Source: Ramazzottius varieornatus
Taxonomy: Eukaryota; Animalia; Tardigrada
NCBI GenBank assembly: GCA_001949185.1
Contig: BDGG01000004.1
Span: 1,079,620-1,143,619 of the forward strand
Reading direction: 5' to 3'
DNA: 64,000 bases
Below, piece after piece: positions 29,339 to 40,892 of this stretch (the stretch's first letter is position 1; the number at the start of each line of letters is the position of its first letter). The notes beneath the pieces are model-generated. The model made no database searches. It was not told the origin of the DNA and saw only the letters and a list, made by a program, of their open reading frames with translations. The translations under genes and the position numbers were made by a program.

Positions 29339-29800
29339 AATAAGCAACGAGTTTCGCCCTAACCGAAAGCAATTAACTTGAAACTTGTTTCGGAAAGCAA
29401 CAGAGTAGATGCTGTGCTGTGTATAAGTGCTTCTAGCCCACAAGGGATGTCTACTGGTGCTGCTTTGTCCGCGTGGGTTGTTCCCTTCAACTTTCATGTG
29501 TACTCTCTTACGGTCTTCGATAGTACTTTTGCTGATTCGTTTTGCTCTCGCTTTTTGCGGTGGTCTTCGCGCGTTTTTGTGTTTCATAACAGCATTCAAT
29601 ATAGTTAAATTTAATGTCGTTTTGCCCGCTTAGCTGGATATTCACAAAATTTAACTGCTTTATAATGTTCCTTGTTTGACTTAGGGACCTTTCAGTGATA
29701 TCGGCAACGCGTTTACTGAAATCAGCTAAGTGGATGATGTTAGTGTTGACCACGCAAGCCCGCCAGCTGCAGTAGGCATTGCCCCAATCTCTGAAGGAAC

Positions 29801-31003
29801 TTAGCCTCCGTCAACTAGAGGAGGAAATCCGCCACCTGGTGGTACTAAAGGAGGCGTGGCAGCTATGGTGGTAGCAGCCATGGTGGTAGCAGCCGTGGTG
29901 GTAGCAGCCGTGGTGGTAGGAACGCTATTAGGTGTAGGACCTGTGGCCGGTGTTGATAAAGTGTTCTGCGTTGGAAGTGGTAGCGACCCGTAGACTGCGA
30001 ACATCAGCATATATCGCAAATCAGTACTGGCTGTTAAATAAAGCGTATGTTCCGCTCACCGTTCGGACATGTCACCGTGCACGAGTACAAGAAGCTAAGG
30101 CACTGACAATCTTTCAGACTGAGGCGCCCAGTATTGAACAGCTGAGAGGAGGTCTTGGAGGAAATGACTGGCGCTCCAGTTTGGCTGAAGGTCGCCGCGT
30201 CCAGATTGGTGACAGAGAAATAGTCATAGTCGTCGCGATTACTGATGACTTTGGCGGGATCATATGTTGTGAAAACCCCAAGAGAAGTAGCCACTACGGC
30301 GAGAAAATAAAATAAGGGGAAGTGTCTTGTCCATCGAGGAACTAAGTGGGGCAGATTGTACCGGAAGTAGCCAAGGGTGTGTTGACCGTGATGTAAGCAT
30401 CCCGATTGGGCTTGTTGTGTTCGAAGCGGATACCGGCCAAACTCATCAACATCCGCATAACTTGACGGACACTGGACAAGCATCCGTTTGGCCCGGCTTG
30501 AACTGCCATGTACTGACCACGACCATTCTGACCGTTAATCATACCCGGATATGTGAAGCAGCTTTTAGAAGGGATTCTGCAAAACCGACAGCGTTCGTAT
30601 GGGTACAATGGATCAGTCTTATGTCTGAACGGTTAAACTTGAAGACCGATACCTACCCTGGACCGCCCGTTTTAGAGATGATAACAAAGTTTTGTCTGTT
30701 GGTTGGCGCTGAAGTCAGTTCTTGGAATCGCAGACAAGAACCCATATCGCTCGTCACCTGGCTCATGGCGGACTTTATCAGGCTTTGTTCCGCGGTACCT
30801 ACGAGCATCGTACAGTCCGAATAGTCCAGTCTTTGCGCAGCTCGTTAACTCGACCAGGAATACTCACTGTAGTCTCCCGGGTAGAGAATGTACGGAATAA
30901 CTTGGTTGGGCCAGCGAACGAACAGCGGGTCGCTGTTGATCACGCAGGTCTGCAAGCAAGGAAAGAGAATTACAAACACCAGCCCTACAGTCCATGTCCT
31001 CAT
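29801..31003 (-). CDS. Secreted astacin-family (M12A) protease homolog lacking zinc ligands, with a Thr-rich tail
   Basis: Signal peptide, WPNQVIPY, CFTYPG, RMLMSLAGIRFEHNKPNRDAYITVN (degenerate HExxHxxGxxHEHxRxDRD), YDYFSVT, GRLSLKDC. Confidence 0.8.
29858..29918. repeat. 15-bp coding tandem repeat (ggtggtagcagcc(a/g)t), about 4 copies, encoding TTTAA mucin-like units
   Basis: Directly visible in the astacin C-terminal tail. Confidence 0.8.
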
Positions 31004-32154
31004 TTCGGGTGCCACCATTCTGTGGATTGTCCCAAATGGGCTCATCAAACTCGGAGACCGACACTACATAAGGATACCGACAGAGTATTCCCGTCTTAGC
31101 CTCACAGGTTATCACTGGACTTTACGCCACTGTACCGTGCACAGTTTCTCTGCTCACCACCGAAAACGCGGCTCCATATCACATTAAAATTCGACGGACT
31201 TGCGAAATTGCACAAGGTTGTGCGGGTTCAGCAACCGATTACTGGAAACACATCCTGCAAGCATGCGCGAAAAATTACAATTTTCTTTACAGTTTGATTC
31301 CTGTTCTGAGGTACAAAAATTAGTCATTGCAGTAAACTACTAAGAACTTCTGGTCATATCGAAGTGCCAGAACCCACGGGTCGATCAGAACTGGGTAAAA
31401 ACACATCCCTCGGGTACTAGTTGGAAGTTCAAACAAAGGTTTCTCGAAAACACCCAGGCCGTCCAAGCTCACATCTCATTGAGGTTGAAGGAAAGCCATG
31501 AGTAGGCGAAGTGACGAGTTCTTTAAAGACGAGAGTACAATCCGCGCGATGGGTTTCTGGCAAACCCCTTGAGGAACTTTCGTCATGTACTGTGCTCTAC
31601 AAAGACACCTTTAAATATAACAGATCACTTTAGTTTGAGTACGGGAAGAGGTGCGGTTCTTTAAAAGTAAAGAGGTCGATCTGCGCAATCCAACTGCACT
31701 TACCTTGGGGGCGTTGTCCACTGCTTTAGAATCGATACGTTCCAGCCTCATATCGAACATCATAATTATGCATCGCGGGTAGCGCAGACAATAGGCACCT
31801 TGCGTGCCAGCCAGAATTTCACGACGAACGTTCAAATTTTACGTTGAGCGGTGAGTCATCACCGAGCGCGACGTAAATTACGTTGACAAACGTGACGGTG
31901 GCAAAATGACGACGAAGGCCCTCTCACTTCGTAACGTAAAAATTTCACGACGTTGACTGCTTCGCAAATAACTACCTGCAGTGAATTCTGCCGTACATCC
32001 ATGCTCCCCTGGTGTTCGTACAGTACAATTGATCCGGGGTACTTTGCCGCCGTTCGAACAGCAGATATCAGATTTATTTTCATAATTTTGATTTAGTTCG
32101 CTTCTTTACACATTCTGACATTTTTGGCCACTATTTCGATTATCTGTCTCCAAG

Positions 32155-33260
32155 ATGGCTTCTTCTGGAACCTCCACTACACAACAAGGTAGAACTGGAC
32201 GCAAGAAGGTAGCAGCTGTTCCTGAAACGACCGAGAAATCGGCGGAAGTCAGCGACATGGATAAACTGGACCTGATTATCCTGAAAGAAATCAAGGCCCA
32301 TAATCCGTACTCCGTTTCAACGCACAAGAGACCAGAACAACAGTAAGGAACGTTCTCAAGCAGAAGAAGAGAAGGAGGAGGCAGAGGCGGATGAGGTGAA
32401 GTCCATCCAGCAGAAGGCACTTCTAATCATGAAGCAAAAGCGAACAGATGGTGAGTCACCAAATCAAGTAATTCAATCAGGCGACTATTTTTGCTTGTAT
32501 TTTACTGCGCGCAAAATAAATCTATTCTTTAATCATTTTCGAAGGTGTTGAGGACTGGAAAGCTAACGAAGAAAGAGAGTTCCTGTTGGATGTTGGAATC
32601 AACCGCGACAACCGTCAAGCAGAAGAGGAAGACGGAGCTGATGCTTCCAACAAAGACGAAGGTAATACGGATGGGAAGAACGATGGAAAAGCTGATGGCG
32701 CTCAGAAGAAGAAAACAACAGCGCAAATTGAGCCCGGAAAAAAGAGACTTCGAGTGAACGCGACTGAAAGAATGATGGACAACAAAATGAAAGGTGCATA
32801 ACACTCAATCAAATTGATTTATCGATGGACAGGACAAAGTGGTGTCGGCACTACTTTGTCCCGTGATCACTTCATTTGCGAGTTGCAGTGTTGATATTTT
32901 TATAGTTAATTTGACGAGCATATTTTAGTTGATCGAGAGATCAAAGATGCGGAGCTACGGACCAAGCTGGTGTTTGCCAAGATGGAAATTGCTGAGCGAG
33001 AGAAGGATCGCGAAATTCGCCGAAAAGAGCAAGAAATGCAGGAAAACAAGATCAAGTTGGAGCATGAGTTCAACATGAGAAAACTAGAATTGGAATGCAA
33101 CTGGAACTGGAAAAGCAAAGGAAATCTAGTTCGGATAATAACACCGTTTCTGCTCTCTTGCAACTCTTGCCGAAGAACAACTCGGTATACTACCCGCAGA
33201 GTTTCGATTACTAGCTTACATTTACCGATGATTACAATAAATCTTGCCACCTGCTCGTGA
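32155..33260 (+). pseudogene. Harbinger accessory protein (Myb/SANT-like N-terminus remnant plus charged coiled coil), frameshifted
   Basis: DLIILKEIKAHNPY start, a frame change near 32340, then spliced E/K-rich exons (EREKDREIRRKEQEMQENKIKLEHEFNMRKLELE). Lies inside the TIRs, convergent with the transposase. Confidence 0.65.
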
Positions 33261-33283
33261 TAGAAATGTAGGAATAAAATAAA

Positions 33284-35085
33284 TCAGTAAAAATATTCCT
33301 CCAAGGTTGGGGCACTTAGACCAAAGTACTGGCCAGTCTGGCTTTCGTACAGCCAAGTATGGGCATTTGTAAGCAGAACGGCGACTCTAAAGTACAGTCC
33401 AACGGGTTGCAGAAGCACTTTCTGGTTCTTAGGGAAATCAAGAAAGGCCCATAGTACACAACATTTTCCAAACATCCATTCAACAGACACGCGCAGCTTA
33501 CTCATTACGTAGTTTAAGTCAGCCTCGGCCTGGTTGGTAACAGAACGAAAAGGTGCTATGAGCTGAGGAGTGGAGGTATATCCTTGATCGCCATAGATGT
33601 AGAATTTCCAGTCTGCATCCTCTCGTTTCCGTTTCAGCTGGTCGATCAGGTTACTTTCTTGGTACATCCTCCAGTCGTGCCTCTTTCCGACGATAGGACC
33701 CGCAAGATGGACAAACAGACCGTTTGGCAAACCCACAGCTTGATACTTTAAACTAGTGATGTTCTAATATGGGTTAATGAGATCTAACATAATAAAAACA
33801 AATATCCGCCGTCCATCAAAGTTCTAATAAGTGACCACTACTATAGTAAAACGTCTACCTGATTTAATAAAATATTACTATAGTAGAACTTTCGGGGGTT
33901 TGTTATTAAAATATATTTTAATATCGGAGAGCTCGACGGAAGATCTAAAGATTCAGAATCACAACCATCAGATCAGCAAAAATACTGTAGTACAACCTGT
34001 AACCTGCACCTGCACAGTGTAACATGGCCGGTTGAAGTGTTAGCCTGTATACAGGTGCACGATGTTCAAGGGTATTTATTCTGCAGTAGCCCTACTGTAC
34101 TGCTTTAGAGGCATCATCATGGTGTGGCGCACTTTATAAGGCGTGGTCGCACATCGAGAAGCCAACGCACGCGCATCAGAACTCAGCAAATCAACCAGTT
34201 CTTCGAATCAGCGGTAGCGTTAACCCGTATTAAAATTTATTTTACTGTGGAAGATGGACAACTTGATAATAATAAAATATGGCACTTCCGGTTTCAAGCT
34301 ACTAAAATATAAATATTGGAATGCGGTGCCCAATTATGTTTACTAAATATTACTAAATATAGCAGATGCTCAAAACATCTACTATCATCTATTTTAATAT
34401 AATATTACTATATTAGAACATCACTACTTTAAACCATCCTTTCGCTTATGGCCATTGTAGAGGTCTCGCTGGAGCCGTGAAGGTCTACCAGAATACAAAA
34501 ACAGAAAAGTAAAAATTAGGTTAACATAAACAGTATCGACTGAAATTTTGGTTGGGCCGTACCTTGCAACAGCACACACTGTCCCGTCAATAAACCCAAT
34601 ACATTTGTCGTATGGAGCTCCCTTTTCCTGTACGACTTGCACACATTCACGTATCTTGTTGTTGTCCAGCCAGGGATGGTCTAGAGTGTCCAGGAGATGG
34701 CCGAATCGATCATGGACGTACTGGATACGGTAGTCAAACATGCGAAAAAGCGCCGTTTCTTCCTTCCCATGTAATTCTTCTATGTCACACAGTCGGGACG
34801 GTAGGCAAGTCACCTTAGCACCACACACAAGATTTCCATACCACTGCACTTTATTCCATTGCCCAGCGTAACCGTGTCAGGAATGCGAAGAACAGTACAC
34901 AAGCGCTCCAGATCATCCATCTCAAACCGGAAATTCTCCCTGCACTGCTTCAGCGTCATGTTGTCCAAGTCGACCGTTGTTCGCGGAAGGTTCCGCTCTT
35001 CAGCACTAGATGCCGTGCAGATGATCAACTCTTCTTCATCGATGATACCCAGACCATAAGCAGTCAATAACATCTCATGGTCCAT
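33284..35085 (-). pseudogene. Harbinger DDE transposase (DDE_Tnp_4 type), inactivated
   Basis: CRENFRF, GFIDGT (D), YNGHKRKDGLK|YQAVGLPNG, YGDQGY (D), RVSVEW (E). In-frame TGA at 34810-34812, a 1-bp frameshift near 34800, an intron at about 34489-34562, and a MITE insertion. Confidence 0.92.
33754..34426. mobile_element. Non-autonomous hAT-type MITE (673 bp) nested in the Harbinger transposase
   Basis: Perfect 17-bp TIRs tagtgatgttctaatat (33754-33770 and 34410-34426) and a perfect 8-bp TSD ctttaaac (33746-33753 and 34427-34434). AT-rich interior with no credible ORF. Confidence 0.93.
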
Positions 35086-36028
35086 GATGGAGATGGGAAT
35101 TAAAAAAAGCAATGGCTGTAGGAGCGGATTACTCGTTTGAAATTCGAACTAGAAAATAAATTCCATCCAGCTACTTCTGGGAACAAAAGTAGTCAAATCA
35201 ACCGGCAGCGTTCGGCGGACACGGAGCGTGCCGCTGGTTGATGTCCACCGTTCGTAAAGTTTTTCTCGCAAGAGCCAAAATCAAATTTTACGTCGACGAG
35301 GAACGTGAAGTTCTTCGTCGTGAAATTTCACCGTTCGTAGTAAAATTCTGGCTGGCACGCAAGGTGCCGAATGTCGAAAAGCTTGCAGTGGTTTTTCAAC
35401 TGGACCGTCAGATCAGCGACCGATACGACACAGTCTCTCAGCTCTACTCGCAAGTTCTCCCAAATATTGATACATGGGCAGAAACGGGATATGATTTCTC
35501 CACTCGAAGATCCTCCCGAATGGCCGGTAGGAAAGATGTTCAACTGCTCGAAAACCAAGTCGCAGTAATCAGCAGCCTTATACCCGACATGGCTTTCCAT
35601 TTCTCGCGATCGCACACCGTGCAAATCATGATACGGCTAATTCCACCTATACTGCTGAAACAGAACGGTACATTGCAGACTGTACTTACCGTCCCGTACA
35701 AAGTGCTCATGAGCGTCGAGATACCCAAAATTTCCAGACCATCTGGAATGCTGTCGAATGTTGTCAGGGCACACGCTTCCGCCAGCTGTCGAGTGTCGCT
35801 TTTTTCCTCTGCCAGTCTATGGCCAACCTTTGTCCAGCGCTCGAGATACCGGTACTTCTGGTTTCCGACGCTGGCTGAAGGTAGACAAAGCAATCTCGAC
35901 CTGCAAGGAAACTTTGGTATGCAGAACCTGGCTATCAGGATCGACATCAAAAGTCGAGAGAATTCTCGGAATATGATTCAGGGCTGCGAGTGGACAATGG
36001 CCACTGCTGCCAACGGAGATCGATAATT

Positions 36029-36242
36029 GAGCAATGGGCAGAGTAGATCAGTAAGGCGGGGCTAGTTTGAAAAGTATAGAGCGCCAACGAAATAAAATTG
36101 TCTTTGATCGGCCAATCAACATTGTCGAAGTTAGAGATTCTGTGCCTTCATTGGTTGTCCGCGGATATTCTTTAATTTCATGCCTTGCTCCATATAATGT
36201 CAGCTGGCCGCGCCTTACTGATCTACTCTGCCCACTCTGCTC
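36029..36242. mobile_element. Small MITE (214 bp) with ~35-40 bp imperfect TIRs, GAG...CTC termini and AATT flanks (Sola-like)
   Basis: gagca..tgggcagagtagatcagtaaggcg at the left end and its reverse complement at the right end. aatt at 36025-36028 and 36243-36246. Confidence 0.75.
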
Positions 36243-36451
36243 AATTGATGCCAACATGCGCGACGGAGCGATCTCGACTTCCAAGCTAAGCGAGTATACC
36301 GCTCCGCTGTACAAACAGCAAATTTGATTCTTGATTTTCGCCAACTGTCACCGTTCAGTTAACCGACTTTCTTAAATTGCACACCTCCTCGACACTACTG
36401 GACCAGTAGTACTGGTACCGGCCGAAGTTCTAGTTCAAATCAAAGGAAAGT

Positions 36452-38473
36452 ATGGAGCAGCGGAATGATACGACATCGGAGACGCGGAGCATACCAGTCG
36501 ATGAGACGACGGACGTCGGAGGAATTCCCCCATACATGTACATCGTCCCGCTGTTCCTGACCGTCGCATTCGCCTTCACAGTCGGCTATCTGGTCTCCTT
36601 TCTGTTCAAACCCAAGGAACAGAAGAACGAGAAGGAAGACGTAGCAAAGCCTGTGCCAGCAAGTAAGGATGTCACTTCTGTCAAGACGAATGATTCCACA
36701 CTGAAAAATGGTGCAAAAGCTAGCAAAAAGTCAGCTGCGGCCACTTCCGGTCAGAATAAGGCTAAAGATACATACGCGCATCCTCTGCTGGTAACATCCC
36801 TCAAAGGCCACACAGGCGAAGTTTTTGATGGGGACTTCAGCCCGAACGGGAAGTATTTTGCCACGTGTTCCGAAGGTAAACAGAAATTTGACGACGAACG
36901 TACTAACTCAATTAAGGCCTCTACAATATTTGGCCTTTGGTCGAATAGAAAGCTCGACCGTGAAAGGCCTGGTATTTTCTGGTGCTCATTACAGATCGCA
37001 GCGTCAGCATGTGGCCCACGTCTGAGTTTCTCACCGATTCTCCCGCGAAAGAAATCAAGTAATAGCGCAGCACCTGCGAAGCGCACGAGGTCAGAGCATC
37101 CATTCAAAACCAGTGATCAACCCTGTTGTTGCAGGCATCATCGTCTAAATATTGACTTCGACCACGCCACATCCATTCAGTTCAGCCCTGGTTCGAAGTA
37201 GGTACCAGACTCTCTAGATTTTGTGCGAAGCGATGGAATATAAACATGTTAAACCTCTTGGTTTCATCAGCGTTTTTCCTTAGGGCAATGCTGGGACTAA
37301 TGGACAACGCCAGAGTTCTCCGCGTTTTCAAGTTAATCAAGAAAACCGATGGGTATTTCGGTAGTATGCAGCCGGCAATGGACATTCCACAGGTACTCGG
37401 TTTTGCGATTCCATACCTGCCCTTTTTCGTAACGATCGGACGGATTAGCAGACCTCACACGGAGACCTCCTCTTCATGAACATCGACTGTAACGGGAAGT
37501 ACATTATGACTGCATATCAGAACTCAAACATCTGCATCTGGTCTCTCAAAGGTTCGTGCTCTACCTCTGTTGTTACCACCTGGGACTGATAATGCGAACC
37601 TTCGAAGATCCACTAGCTTCCGCAACATTTGCAGGTCAGTTGCTGCAAACACTGGCCGCGAATATGGGCGTTTTCAGTGACTGCAAAGTGTCTCCTTGTG
37701 GTCGGTCCGTGGCAGCTTCCGGTGAGTACGTATGCGATGCTTTCTTTCTACTGGAGATTTAATCCAGCTGAACGTTTGATCATATAGGGTCGGCGGCAAG
37801 TGTGACTGTCTGGGGAGTGAACTTCGACGACGACACGAACGAGTTCAGATCGGTAGATCGGGCGTTCGAACTGAAGGGACATTCGGTTGTCGTACCCGCG
37901 TTCGCCTTTTCCGCAGACTCGACACATATGGTCTCAGTCTCTAGGGACAAGTCTTTCCGCTTGCATGATATCAACATCCAGTACAGGAAGAAGGAAGAAC
38001 CCCGCCTGGTCCTTAGCGGGACGTGGACGACCGAGACAGTGAGGCCCGCTGAGAAGATCACCGTCGCACTGTCCAATGATGCTAAGTGCATAATCATTGG
38101 ATATGGGAATGATGTTTTAATCATTTCCGGCAGCGATGGATCATTGAAAAATTCTATCAAGCCTTTACTGAATGGTAACATTAGTTTTCTAGTTAATGTA
38201 TTTGCAACTTCCGGCCCCAGGTTGTGTGAACTGTTTGTGTTTGTAGGTCCTGTCAACAGAGTGATGTTCGACCCATCGTCCGGATTCGTTCTGGTCCTTG
38301 GCGGCAAGATCGTCAGGGTTTACCGCAATATTCCTGGCTACGAAATAGCCATAGGTGCTTTGCAGAAGAAGCTCAAGTACGCCTCGCAAGATTCAGTACG
38401 GCAACGGTTGCAGCAGCAACTGGACGATGCTCAGAAAATGCTCAGTGCCTCTAAGCTTCAGTATCACGTTTGA
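36452..38473 (+). CDS. TBL2: Transducin beta-like protein 2 (ER WD40 protein), multi-exon
   Basis: N-terminal TM anchor, HPLLVTSLKGHTGEV..DFSPNGKYFATCSED, DHATSIQFSP, RAFELKGH, and C-terminal coiled coil RQRLQQQLDDA. Confidence 0.9.
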
Positions 38474-38733
38474 AATCTGGAAATGTGATTCTCAGTTTTC
38501 TCTCTGCGATTCAGGCTGGCATGGAGAATCATTATCGGTAGAGTCATTTGTATGGGCCTGCCAAATCTTGGCAGTGGTGTTAGTCCAAGCCATTCCATGT
38601 TTCCTACCGGTACATTCATGCCAGTCTGCTCCGATTTTGTACTATACAAATTTACTGATGACTAGTACGGCGTTCTACATAATTATAAAATATGGGCAAC
38701 TGTGAGAAAGTAGTCTGTAACTTGCAGGAAACT

Positions 38734-40160
38734 TTAGAGATTTTTTTGGGTTTGTCCCTTGGACCGCATAAAGGGTTGCATGTCTTCCTTTCCCAAGCCA
38801 CCTTGTCCGCGAACCCAGTCGAGGACCTTTCGGTTCTTGACGAACTGCCCGCGAGGAATGTCTGATCCCTTTTGGTTTCCGTCCTGCGGCGGCAAGAGAG
38901 CCAGATAAACTGGTGTGTCAGCACCTTCTTGTACCGTTCCGAACCCCGAGTGGTGGTTCAGGTCTGTCGCTACATATCCTGGACAGCACTATAAAAACCG
39001 TTTTCTGGGATCCTTAATGATTTGTTTGAAGCAAATTCCGGTGGGGTTTGAAATGAAACTTACTGCGTTGACAATGATATCTTGCTCGGGTTTTTCGCGG
39101 TCGAAGTCGCGCTGCTGCACTCGGGAAACTGCAGTGACACCAATCTTGGACATTGCATATGGTCCGATGCCGGTGTCGGGATATCCGTTATTGTTGTTTT
39201 CGTTCGGTCTACGAAAAACAGCTTCACAGCGCGAGAAAACAAGGTCAGGTGGCTCAGAGGAAACTTACTCGAATTTGGCGTATTCGGCCATGATTTTCTC
39301 TACTTCCGCCACTGTCAAATCGTCGGCAACCAATCGACCTTTGATTTCCGGGTTCTCTAGGCGTTTCAGTGTTCCAAGCTCGCTCGATACGTTGACCACC
39401 CTGCAGAGAAACATAGATGATCGTTAGGGACTCTTCGTTTACTTTACAGAGAACAGCTCTAGTAACCTGGCGTGCGGACGCAGAATGGGAAAGAAAGCCT
39501 TGCAGACATCCAAGAGACCGTTGAAGTTAGTCGCAATGGTCCTTTGGACAACTTGCAGCGATGGTAATTTTTGCATCCGTTCAGCTGGCGACACGGTTTC
39601 GTCTTGCTGTAGTCAACGTTAATGAAAAACAGCTCAATTTATCGTAATGATCAAGGCACGCGTATTTTTCCAACCATCAATGTTTCCGTTGAGAATTACC
39701 GCAGCTATGCCAGCGTTGTTCACGAGCACATCAAGGCCTCCGTGTTTTTCTTTAATGAAATTTCGGGCGGCGTTGATGGTGTACCCATCTGTAACGTCCA
39801 TTTGCAGGAACTCTACATTCTTCGTACCCTCCTCGTGCAGTTTCTTTACGGCTTCCTTTCCCCGAGCCTCATCCCGAGCTGGTGGAAAAGCGACGTTTGA
39901 GAATATCGTATAGGACCACCGAAATTATATTGCGATGCAACAAGGAAGTGATGCTCACCAGTGAGGTAAATCGTCCCCTTGAACTCCTTGCTAAGTTGTC
40001 GCACTGTCTCATATCCAATTCCTTTATTCGCTCCCGTCACCTGTAGAATTCAGTAGTTTATCCGGAAAGATTATCAGCAGTGTTTTGTTTAATTACAGGT
40101 TGTCGAAGACTTACTGTCACTTACCAAAGCCGCCGGCGAAGATGAATTTCCGGCAGACAT
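38734..40160 (-). CDS. Carbonyl reductase (CBR1-like SDR), multi-exon
   Basis: VTGANKGIGYE, LDVLVNNAGI, RVVNVSS, catalytic YAMSK, GADTPVYLALLP. Confidence 0.9.
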
Positions 40161-40892
40161 CGTACAGGGCTGGAAACTGCGGCTACCGATCTTGACGCCG
40201 GAAAGAGGAAGAAGACTTATCTGAGCAGTCTGAGCTGAGAAATCCCGTGAGTCTTGAGTTTATCTAGCAGTATGCATGCAAAATTTACACAAGAGAAAAT
40301 TGCCATATGAGGTTGACGAATGTGACTGTATGTACATTGCTTTTGATGAAATTAATGCGGTTCATCAATAGGAACGAGTACGATAAACCAGTTTTTGCCT
40401 TGTCATTCTGCTGTTATCGCGGTTTATTTAACAGCTTTCTGCATATCTTTGGCTGTGTTCCAGGTATCGATCGGTGGTGAACCTGCGCCAAGCACCAGCT
40501 TGATGATCAACAGCAACGTATGACAGTGGGGTTCCTCCAGCTCGCGCCTCGTCATTCCGCCCCATCTGGGTCACCTGAGAAAAAATGACTTGCGTCTTTC
40601 AATATGGATCAATACAATCAGAATATCACGTAAGTTTAGCTATGTCGTAAGGGAAGTTTGCTCTCGACATGTCTGGTCTCGAGCAAAATCGCTACGTATA
40701 GCCGAGTCATCGACCTTACGGCATTTGGACTTTGCATTACAGCATCTCCCAACGGCCATGAAGATTAAGAAACAATCAGCCATCAAACCCATAAATAGAA
40801 TGTCGGAAGAGTGAAGTACCGCACCGAGACTTCATAAACAGACCTGGAAAACATTATCTGTTGTACTTCCAGAAAGCTACAACAGAGCAAAG

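Larger units (their letters stand above)
31793..35369. mobile_element. PIF/Harbinger (PHIS) DNA transposon, full-length but decayed
   Basis: 26-bp perfect TIR ggcaccttgcgtgccagccagaattt at 31794-31819 with its reverse complement ending at 35368, extending imperfectly inward. AAT at 31790-31792 and 35370-35372 is a 3-bp TSD if one mismatched terminal base is included. Two convergent genes inside. Confidence 0.92.

Noticed and set aside
33746-34434. MITE could be spliced out in frame (GT in TSD/TIR, AG in the other TIR, adding 2 codons), Introner-like
   Set aside because: The splice signals are weak, and the transposase already has an upstream stop and frameshift, so no rescue is plausible.
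35238-36026. 262-aa + strand ORF
   Set aside because: It starts inside the Harbinger element, runs through its TIR and resembles no family. It is most likely a chance or antisense frame.
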